DNA of 64,000 nucleotides, taken from the NCBI GenBank assembly GCA_002633005.1, contig NMRA01000199.1, positions 318,995-382,994 on the forward strand. Direction: 5' to 3'. A model generated the notes under the pieces. The model was not told where the DNA came from and did not search any database. It saw only the letters and a list, made by a program, of their open reading frames with translations. The first letter of the stretch is position 1. Each line of letters opens with the position of its first letter. Positions 28,816 to 38,700 of the stretch are shown here, one piece after another. The position numbers were made by a program, and so were the translations under genes. Source of the stretch: Phoronis australis. Taxonomy: Eukaryota > Animalia > Phoronida.

Positions 28816-31800
28816 CTAAAAGTCAAAGTTCGCTGCTTTTATTGCGCATTTTTCTTCTTGACACGATTTTGAAGCAAGAATTTATGTCAGGGGACTAGAG
28901 ATCACAGAAAACATTTCTGCTGAATCTATTACGCAATCTTAACATCAATCAAAGGCTTTACCAGATTCCATTATTTCTGCATTTTGAAATTTTCTGAAAT
29001 TTTAAAATATTTAAATATTTAAATGACTGTGAATCAATGTAAATCTATGCGCTTCATAATACATGTACTATAACACCGTCTTCCTTCTCCTACCTTCTGT
29101 TAGCAGCATGAAGCACCATTGATCGTCCAATGATATCCCAGACTTTAATGTCAGCATTTGTCAGCCTAAACTCAAGCCTGCCCTTTGAGTCCACTTTCGT
29201 TGTCGTTAGCTCACCGATCGGCTGCAATATAATTCACAAGTCAAAAGTCAACCGAGATAAAAATCCACATTGAAAACTTCAAAAGGTGAATTTAAAACAC
29301 TATTAACTTTCTTCCAATTAATCTGTCTGAAAAAAACGAAACCAAAACTAGGAAAGTACATCAAAAAACTTGAAAACAGCATTCCATTTCATTGCGCATT
29401 TGGAAGTGAAACCGTTTGAAAACTAAATGGGGTGGGCTTTAAGCTGAACACGGGCATTTACCTAAACGACTACGGTAATTAGTAGATATATCTTTAATTG
29501 CAAAGTAGAAAAGAAACATACAGTTAAAAAGTAAGTTTAATTTGCCATATTCAGTACAGATCTAACAATTCACCTGATCAGTTCTCATCAGAAATGAATG
29601 GCTTTCTCAATGCTCATACAACTACTCAGCTGCCTATAGGAACATGTTAACTGTCAAACACCAACTTTTGATTTAGACGTTCACTTACTGTTACAAAATT
29701 GGTCTCACGTTATTCCTCAGTGAGATTAGAAATGATTTCTGGGCTTGATAACAACTAAAAATTCATTATAGCCCTTGAGCAGCTTATCAAGCTTGTCAAG
29801 ACGGCTTAGTGTCAGTCACCGAAGCAGTTTGGACAACAAGGGAAATCCAAAATATTTTAGAGGAACCAGTTACAATTTAAATAAAGAATTATAATGCGAT
29901 GATTTTGCTTTGGATTATAGCAAATATACCAGTCTTATAAAGAATTTTTTTAAACGTCAGGCTAGTGTTTCATAGATACAAAATCTCACCAAGGGAATTT
30001 CGTGTGACCAAGTGCTTCGCTTGCAATACATGGGGATATCTCAAGAAGTTTTGCGAGTTCTTGATTTTCTCACATTGGGAATACGGTTCATAGTGGTTTA
30101 AACATCAATAGCAAAGGTTTTCATAGGAGCGGACACCAAAGGCTCAAGTTTTGTGAGATTTTTCCTCGAAACGCAACAGGTATTTAAAATCGGGTTTTAA
30201 AAGTGACCTGCATTACAGTATGCCCTTGTCAACCACCAGCAGCTATAAATTTACTAGTTACAAGTTTACAACTTCAATTACTTCACTTGTGAAATTAAAA
30301 TGATTTATCAACCCACCTTTTTGGAGTCCGATCCTTCAGCAACACCGTTATAAACATCTCCACAACTGGAAGGTATTAAAGGCAAGAGGTGAAATTTTTC
30401 AAAATATAAAACGACTATGAACAGTATTTTGGACACTCGCTTGTCAAGTAAGAGATACATGATTAGAACATAATAGAATTCCAGTGGAACCCACTTAATG
30501 TCATACTGGATAATGGAATATCTCAGTTATTGTACAGTCATAAAATGTCAAAAAAATGAACCACGTCAAATTAAACTCATGATTTTTCTAAAGATGCTTT
30601 TAGAATAACCAGCGAGTCATCATGTTTTAACCATCAATGAGTTTGTAATTGAAATAATCTTGAGATTTGTCTAAACCTGTACACAAATTCCCTTCATTTG
30701 GGAAAAGCAAAATGCATCTTTGCTTGAGAAGAGACAAATTGTTCAATTGAGACTGTTCTAAGACAGAGACAACATACAAATTCATTTGCTCAAGGTAGCG
30801 GGCACCTTAACTATCACAATATTAACCTAAATATATACCTGTAACACCCCAGAGACACCATAGTAACCCCCATATATACCTGTAATACTCGAGAGACACC
30901 ACAGTAACCCCCATATATACCTATAATACCCCAGAGACACCACAGTAACCCCCATATATACCTGTAACACCCCAGAGACACCACAGTAACCCCCATATAT
31001 ACCTGTAATACCCCAGAGACACCACAGTAACCCCCATATATACCTGTAACACCTCAGAGACACCACAGTAACCCCTATATATACCTGTAACACCCCAGAG
31101 ACACCACAGTAACACCCATATATACCTGTAACACCTCAGAGACACCACTCCCCCATATATACCTGTAACACCCCAGAGACATCACAGGAACCCCATAAAT
31201 ACCTGTAACACCCCAGAGACAGCACAGTAACTCCCATATATACCTGTAACACCCCAGAGACAGCACAGTAACTCCTATATATATACCTGTAACACCCCAG
31301 AGACACATCACCCAGCTGATGAATGTTGACTGTGACAGATTGCTGGTCAAGACCGTCCACTGTGCAGTCAACCACACAGGTGTTTTCATCCACTTGCACA
31401 AAACGTGCCAGGCCGATGGTCGGGGCTGCCTCGGTGCCATCCCCAGAAATTTTGGCCACCGCAGCACCCAAATTCCTTGTAGCTGAAAGATTGCAACGTT
31501 CATACCATTTGCCAATGACAGGGTTAGACTATATTCATTGTTTTCAAGAGTTGACAAGATCATCTTTCAAACAAATCATATCATGAGGCAGATGTATGCG
31601 CATGTAATTAAGTTCACTTAACAATCTAGCATTGGTCAACTTCAAGAGTTTCATACAAGACTAATCGCATTCTTTAAAGATTTACTTTTGTTTCCAAGTG
31701 GAAGCCTGTAGAAGATCATTGAAGTTTACAACAAATAAAAGTCTAACTTAGAAGTTAAAATCAAACTAATCCCACGTGGATCCTCGAAATGTCCGACAAG

Positions 31801-34800
31801 TCACTTAAAAAACTCTTTAGAGATTTGAACTAGTCTTAAAACTCTCAAAGGCCGCAATAATTTCAACATAAATGTAATTTAATAACTAGTTATGCCAGCA
31901 TTAGCTAGTACATAGTGTAATTAGTAACATAAGAATAATTATTACAATCATGTAATAAGCAATGTAATCATAAAACCCTTTAGGGTTATACTGTCAATAC
32001 AAGGGTCCTCATTGCTGTGATAGAGGGCGCTGAATACTTCTGTATGCAAAGGGTAATGTCAGCATAATTTACTAAAATCACGTCATAAGTAATATCAGTA
32101 CAACCTATATTAGCCCTTTATAGTTATATAGTCTGACAATCCATCTTACGTGTAATTCCTAATGTGAAGAGAATACACTATATGTATATTACTTCTCATA
32201 AGTTTATGTGTAATTCCTAATGTGAAGAGAATACACTATATGTATTCTCATATTAAGTTTACGTGTAATTCCTAATGTGAAGAGAATACACTATACATAT
32301 ATTACTTCTCATAAGTTTATGTGTAATTCCTAATGTGAAGAGAATACACTATATGTATATTACTTCTCATAAGTTATGCTGACATCACTCGTCACATGTA
32401 ACAAGTAATAGCTGTATGTGAATATCTACAACACAATATATAGTAGGTTTTTATGTCCTGAAATGGGATTGTTTTTATGTCCGAAAACACCATGTTTGAG
32501 ATAGACATGTTGAAGTTACTAGCATTGACCTGAGATATAAACAATAAAATCTGGATTGTGTTTTTGCAGTTTTATTACAAACTGCCAATCATTGCGGTTG
32601 TCTGTCAGACATTTAGTGATATAGAGGACAGTAATAATACCAATTAAATATAGTTAAAATACACTGTCATTAATTGTCAAGCTCCGGCCCGTAACATTCC
32701 ACTTAAATTTCAAAAACTCCAGGTTCATATCTGTCCAACAGTTGATCTTAGAAAAGTACTTTTCTCACCATTGTCACTTTAAAGTGCTTAAAACCAGCAT
32801 TTACCTTGTTTTGACAATTGACTTAACTGCCACTATCATTAAACTTTCTATCATAGCACTGCATATCACAGTCGTGAATTCAATATTCCAAAAACAAGAA
32901 AGTAGAAGAAAAGCGAATTCAACTGAAAGTTTCTTAGCTCCATGGACATGAGTGTGACGTATGAACGTACCCAGCCCCAGGGTAACATGTCTACCAAGAC
33001 AAGAGTTTCTAGAGCAAACACGTGTCATATCCGTGCCCCTGCAATGTCCCGCGGGAAAGTGAACGGGGACACAGCGTGGTAAATTACTAAGTTGTCACAA
33101 CCACCACAAAAGCAACACCTCATCACTCTTTATTGTACCATAAACCATAAGAAAACGAGCAGCAATTGCTGACAACTTTTCACANCCACAGTAACCCCCA
33201 TATATACCTGTAACACCTCAGAGACACCACAGTAACCCCTATATATACCTGTAACACCTCAGAGACACCACAGTAACCCCTATATATACCTGTAACACCT
33301 CAGAGACACCACAGTAACCCCTATATATACCTGTAACACCTCAGAGACACCACAGTAACCCCTATATATACCTGTAACACCTCAGAGACACCACAGTAAC
33401 CCCTATATATACCTGTAACACCTCAGAGACACCACAGTAACCCCTATATATACCTGTAACACCTCAGAGACACCACAGTAACCCCTATATATACCTGTAA
33501 CACCTCAGAGACACCACAGTAACCCCTATATATACCTGTAACACCTCAGAGACACCACAGTAACCCCTATATATACCTGTAACACCTCAGAGACACCACA
33601 GTAACCCCTATATATACCTGTAACACCTCAGAGACACCACAGTAACCCCTATATATACCTGTAACACCTCAGAGACACCACAGTAACCCCTATATATACC
33701 TGTAACACCTCAGAGACACCACAGTAACCCCTATATATACCTGTAACACCTCAGAGACACCACAGTAACCCCTATATATACCTGTAACACCTCAGAGACA
33801 CCACAGTAACCCCTATATATACCTGTAAAACCCCAGAGACGCCACAGTAACCCCCATATATACCTGTAACACCTCAGAGACACCACAGTAACCCCTATAT
33901 ATACCTGTAACACCCCAGAGACACCACAGTAACCCCCATATATACCTGTAACACCCCAGAGACACATCACCCAGCTGATGAATGTTGACTGTGACAGATT
34001 GCTGGTCAAGACCGTCCACTGTGCAGTCAACCACGCAGGTGTTTTCATCCACTTGCACAAAACGTGCCAGGCCGATGGTCGGGGCTGCCTCGGTGCCATC
34101 CCCAGAAATTTTGGCCACCGCAGCACCCAAATTCCTTGTAGCTGAAAGATTGCAATGTTCATACCATTTGCCAATGACAGGGTTAGACTATATTCATTGT
34201 TTTCAAGAGTTGACAAGATCATCTTTCAAGCAAAGCATATCATGAGGCAGATGTATGCGCACGTAAGTAATTTCATTTAACAAACTCGCATTGGTCACCT
34301 TCAAGAGTTTCATACAACACTAATCGCATTCTTTAAAGATTTACTTTTGTTTCCAAGTGGCAGCCTGTAGAAGATCATTGAAGTTTACAGCAAATAAAAG
34401 TCTAACTTAGAAGTTAAAATCAAACTAATCCCACGTGGATTCTCGAAATGTCCGACAAGTCACTTAAAAAACTCTTTAGAGATTTGAACTAGTCTTAAAA
34501 CTTTCAAAGGCCGCAATAATTTCAACATAAATGTAAGAACTAGTTATGCGGGCGTTAGCTAGTACAGAGTGTAATTAGTAACATAAGAATAATTATTACA
34601 ATCATGTAATAAGCAATGTAAGTGTAAAACCTTTTAGGGTTATACTGTCAATACAAGGGTCCTCATTGCTGTGATAAAGGGCGCTGAATACTTCTGCATG
34701 CAAAGGGTAGTGTCAGTATAATTTACTACAATGACGTCATAAGCAATATAAGTACAACCTATATTAGCCCTTTATAGTTATATAGTCTGACAATCCATCT

Positions 34801-37164
34801 TACGTGTAATTCCTAATGTGAAGAGAATACATTACATGTACCGTATATTACTTCTCATAAGTTATGCTGACATTACTCGTCACATGTAACAAGTAATAGC
34901 TGTATGTGAATATCTACAATATATGGTAGGTTGCTATGTCCTGAAACGGGATCGTTTTTATGTCCGAAAACACCATGTTTGAGATAGACATGTTGAAGTT
35001 ACTAGCATTGACCTGAGATATAAACAATAAAATCTGGATTGTGTTTTAGTTGCAGTTTTATTACAAACTGCCAATCATTGCGGTTGTCTGTCAGACATTT
35101 AGTGATATAGAGGACAGTAATATTACCAATTAAATATAGTTAAAATAAAACTGTCATTAATTGTCAAATGAGATTTAGCTCCGGCCCGTAACATTCGACT
35201 TAAATTTCAAAAACTTCAAGTTCATATCTGCCCAACAGTTGACCTTAGAAAAGTACTTTTCTTACCAATGTCACTTTAAAGTGCTTAAAACCAGCATGTA
35301 CCTTGTTTTGACAATTGACTAAATTGTCAGCATCATTAAACTTTCTCTATCATAGCACTGCATATCACAGTCGTGAATTCAATATTCCAAAAACAAGAAA
35401 GTAGAAGAAAAGCGAATTCAACTGAAAGTTTCTTAGCTCCATGGACATGAGTGTGACGTAAGAACGTACCCAGCGCCAGCGTAACATGTCTACCAGGACA
35501 AGAGTTTCTAGAGCAAACACGTGTCATATCCGTGCCCCTGCAATGTCCCGCAGGAAAGTGAACGGGGACACAGCGTGGTAAATTACTAAGTTGCCACAAC
35601 CACCACAAAAGCAACACCTCGTCACTCTTTATTGTACCATAAACCATGGGAAAACGAGCAGCAATTGCTGACAACTTTTCACACTAAACACAATGGATGA
35701 TGACTAGAGCTGTGATTGGTTGTATGTATAATCAGCAGAACTGTAAAGGACTCGCATGGTTTGTTTGGTTGCATAAAGCTTCAAAACTTATCCGCTGGAT
35801 AATTTTGATTGTTGCATGACGTCAGGTCCATTGTTCAACAATAACAACGTGACGCATGATAATGCGACGTCATTGTTCCTATACGGCGTATAACTTTTAT
35901 GCAACTGAGCCCAGGTTTTTACAATTGAAAAAATGGCTAAAAAACGCTCACAATTTGAACAGAGAAGGATGAAAAATGAGATTACCTAACGTTGAGCCAA
36001 GACCAGTAAGCACAGCCCTCATGCCAGTGGTTTCAATCAAATCTTTCACAGTTTCCGTGGACAGTGTTGTATTGACAACAACGCGTTCCTTGTCAACATC
36101 TATTTCCACATCAGTGATACCTGAAATTGATAATAAATGCCTTACAATACAGAGTCATGAAGCAGCCTTTTCATGCATAAATGAGAAAAAGTGTCTGACA
36201 GTACTGTTGTTTGTTCAGATAGCTTATTCTTTGACAGTGTTTAGTGTATTGTCTTGAAAGCTTAAGCCATGAAAGCAAAATGCTGAACGTAAAAATCTAT
36301 GTAGTTGCGCTGATTTCTCAAGTATCTTTGATTTGGCCAAAATCAAATTTAACCTTCTAAAACTAACATCAAATTAAAACATTTTCAGCATTTTCAACAA
36401 ACAAATAAAACATGCCACAAAGGGACACAGCACTAGATATCCAAAAATCATCAGATCTTATCTACTTCTGTGTACAAAGATTAACCATGAGCTTTGGCAC
36501 AGCACTTATTGGAATCTGTTCAATCAGTTCTCTAAATTTCCAGAAATGCTCTTTATGCCTAAAAATGTCACACGGTTGTTTACTTATAATAGGACAGCCA
36601 CTTTTAGGAAAATGTTTTTTATGTTTTGAAACAGCATTTCTCTAAAAACAAAACAGCAAACAACTTTGTCATGTAGCTACTTCTTAATGCGAAGAAATTG
36701 TCTATTAAAGTGCTTATTAAAAGCAATATCCCAAATCTTCAGCATTTATGGTATCTTTGTTGTTCGAATGTAGGTGAAAAACTTTCAAGTTTACCTCGAC
36801 AATAAATTATAAAATAATATTTAGAGAAATTTTGGGAAAACAGGTCCCATGTACAGAATAAAATTCAAATGTGCCAAACTGCTAAAAGTGTTGAAAATTA
36901 AAAAATCTGAAAACAGCCACTTTAGCATTTGTCAGATGTTGAAATCAACAGAAGTTGTCAAAAACTCTGGCACACAAAAAAATGTTGAAGGCAGTGATTC
37001 CTTTAGCTATGCATTTTCAAAAAAATCAAACAGTAAGGTTCACCATCATTTTTAATACATGTTTTAGGAGCAGAGGTTAAATGTGGCTCACCTTGGACTC
37101 CCCCAAGAGCAGATCTCACAGCCTTGGCACAGCCATCACACGTCATCTGAACTGCAAACTCAAT
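28644..37164 (-). CDS. CCS: Copper chaperone for superoxide dismutase, spliced CDS (minus) 37164-37092, 36120-35986, one copy of exon 4 (34141-33946 or 31482-31287), 30365-30317, 29221-29094, 28815-28644; first coding exon not resolved
   Basis: Domain I IEFAVQMTCDGC (MXCXXC); SOD-like domain II (NLGAAVA..RFVQ..HQLGD..KVWDIIGRS..LACGIIARSAG); domain III KKLCACDG (CXC). All junctions are GT-AG in phase, and exon boundaries parallel the vertebrate CCS gene. Confidence 0.95.
29094..29221 (-). CDS. CCS: CCS exon (domain II C-terminal part)
   Basis: ttgcag|PIGELTTTKVDSKGRLEFRLTNADIKVWDIIGRSMVLHAANR|gtagga. Confidence 0.92.
30317..30365 (-). CDS. CCS: CCS short exon (zinc-loop region)
   Basis: ccttccag|(S)CGDVYNGVAEGSDSKK|gtgggt; 49 nt, phase 2 to 0. 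Confidence 0.85.
30827..31307. repeat. 41-bp minisatellite array A (12 units) derived from the CCS exon-4 donor junction
   Basis: Unit CCATATATACCTGTAACACCCCAGAGACACCACAGTAACCC; period 41, with single units of 37, 40 and 43 bp. Confidence 0.97.
31287..31482 (-). CDS. CCS: CCS exon 4, copy A
   Basis: tctttcag|TRNLGAAVAKISGDG...HQLGDVSLGCY|gtatat; 196 nt. Confidence 0.8.
32151..32376. repeat. ~58-bp tandem repeat, 4 copies
   Basis: TGTAATTCCTAATGTGAAGAGAATACACTATATGTATATTACTTCTCATAAGTTTAT(G) starting at 32151, 32209, 32264 and 32322. Confidence 0.92.
33186..33966. repeat. 41-bp minisatellite array B (~19 units, very homogeneous next to the N)
   Basis: Unit CTATATATACCTGTAACACCTCAGAGACACCACAGTAACCC with exact 41-bp period from 33206 to 33944. 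Confidence 0.97.
33946..34141 (-). CDS. CCS: CCS exon 4, copy B
   Basis: 196 nt, same protein as copy A (one synonymous TGT/TGC difference seen); intact AG and GT. Confidence 0.8.
35760..35912. mobile_element. Short MITE-like dispersed repeat; inverted copy at 57815-57970
   Basis: GTTGCATAAAG...TTTTATGCAACTGAGCCC ends; the 85-bp core 35807-35891 is the reverse complement of 57815-57899 with a few mismatches. Confidence 0.65.
35986..36120 (-). CDS. CCS: CCS exon 3 (domain I)
   Basis: atttcag|(G)ITDVEIDVDKERVVVNTTLSTETVKDLIETTGMRAVLTGLGSTL|gtaat. Confidence 0.93.
37092..37164 (-). CDS. CCS: CCS exon 2 (MXCXXC copper-binding motif)
   Basis: ttgcag|IEFAVQMTCDGCAKAVRSALGGVQ|gtgagc; 73 nt. Confidence 0.95.
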
Positions 37165-37251
37165 CTGCAATAAATATCCCCAGCTAAGTGCCAAGATGAC
37201 TAAATTGGATTGTCAGTGTCTTAATAAGTTGAAAATTTTGAGCCCGATTGG

Positions 37252-37366
37252 AAAAACAGAATGGTTAGTCCATCACCTGGCATGCCATTGATCAAGTCTC
37301 ATTTTACAAAAACAGAATGGTTAGTCCATCACCTGGCATGCCATTGATCAAGTTTCATTTTACAAA
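37252..37366. repeat. 57-bp direct tandem duplication
   Basis: AAAACAGAATGGTTAGTCCATCACCTGGCATGCCATTGATCAAGT(C/T)TCATTTTACAA twice. Confidence 0.9.
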
Positions 37367-37419
37367 CAAGTTTAAATAATGATTACTCAACTATGTGTGT
37401 TATTAAAATATTTTATTAG

Positions 37420-38700
37420 TTACATGAACCACGTGACCCAGGACTACAATGGCTTGGAAGTGAAGTAGGACACTTAATATAGTAAATTGCCAAGATCATC
37501 CGACCCGGAAAATGAACTAACAACTCCAATAAAACTAGCAAGCATGCTTATCATTCGTCTAACATATCAGACAATTGCCCGTTAGCAAGTGGCAAACGAA
37601 GTCTCATGTGATTCACCAGAAGCACTTAGACTACAACATTTCCTATTTTCCTACAGAACAGGCATGTCACCAAGAAGGTGAGCACCAGATTAACTCGCAC
37701 ACAGGTCATCGACTGCCCTTGATATCTTTACCACAAAAAGACAAGTGAACACAAGGTTGTCCCTGAAGACCTCAGGACGTCATACCACCTGCCCCGCGCT
37801 ATGTTAAAAATGGCCATTTTCTGATTTTGAGTGCTGAACGAGGGACTGCTTGAAGAAAATGTTTGATAATGGGAGTAATTCTTCAACTTCGAGTTGAAAG
37901 AAATTAAATACATCGACACCCTCCATGTGGAACAGGTAGTTATAACATTACTTAAATGTGAGGCATGATTCGTCGAAAAGCTTCCGACATATGAAGTTCC
38001 TATAGGAGCTACACCATCTCTAGTCTGCTAGATACGGTGGTCACTTAACAGTTTCCTACTAATCCTTGCAGCATTTAACAGTAGCGAGGACAACATACGT
38101 CACCAAATCGCTTCGCGTATCTGTCACCATGTAAAATTTGCACATTACAATCGGCAAAAAATCACTCAAAAATGCAATAAATTTGAATAAAATTACTTCA
38201 AAGTATGAAATAAGACGTTATTTTACTGAAATGTGTTTAATAATACTTTGCACGAGTTCTTTGCAGCAACGTGACCGACATTTCAAAGCAAAATGGCCGC
38301 TGGTAAAAACAACTGGTATTTGGTTTTCAACTCAGGAGAAGACTAAACTCTCAAATTTTGGAGTGAAACTTGTAGAGGAAACCCTTGCGCACGTTATTAC
38401 GTAAGTATTTTTCACTTTCGTTGACTTAACAGTTGAAAAAGTTGCCAGTTCCCGCGACCTTCAACTTCGACCTGAATTAATTGGTACATTTCCTAATTTG
38501 CGCACATAATGAATCCTAATGCGCACTAAAGGGCTCATCAATGAACTATTTCAAACACTTGTTGCCAATGGGCCCTTCGTCGATTTCTGACAATCGGGCA
38601 AATTTCTGACTCACTTTGTAGTTCCGGATACTGCCACTAGGGTGCTCCTTCGAATCGCGGCGAATTTTTGGTTCCCAAACTAAAGCATTTCAACTTTTCC
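37420..38700. promoter_or_regulatory. Probable shared head-to-head promoter region of CCS (-) and the G2E3/PHF7-like gene (+)
   Basis: The genes diverge from here. YY1-like AAAATGGCCATTTT (~37807-37820) and AAAATGGCCGC (~38290), E-box CACGTGAC (~37430), ETS-like CCGGAA (~37505), and a + strand donor TAC|GTAAGT at 38401 consistent with a non-coding first exon. TSS not determinable. Confidence 0.45.

Larger units (their letters stand above)
30827..35683. repeat. Tandem near-identical duplication of ~2.4-2.5 kb (30827-33184 and 33186-35683) joined by a single N at 33185
   Basis: Both copies have minisatellite + exon 4 + intron, ending ...GACAACTTTTCACA; scattered SNPs and indels differ. Confidence 0.95.

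Noticed and set aside
28962-28976. Possible 15-nt CCS micro-exon (cag|AAATAATGGAATCTG|gtaaag) that might restore loop VII
   Set aside because: Poor polypyrimidine tract, and the peptide (R-N-N-G-I-W) does not resemble the missing loop.
30814-31148. ORFs with periodic peptides (GVTVVSLGCYRYIWGLLWCLWG...)
   Set aside because: Products of reading a 41-bp repeat through rotating frames; not independent genes.
30827-33966. Regular 41-bp repeats resembling a CRISPR array
   Set aside because: Units are contiguous with no unique spacers, there are no cas genes, and the context is a eukaryotic intron. It is a minisatellite.
31075-34245. 162/163-aa and 87-aa ORFs overlapping CCS exon 4
   Set aside because: Alternative-frame or antisense shadows of the CCS exon plus repeat read-through.
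37728-37919. ORF containing SSGTTLCSLVF, superficially like the human CCS N-terminus
   Set aside because: No phase-0 donor joins it to exon 2, so the similarity is probably chance.
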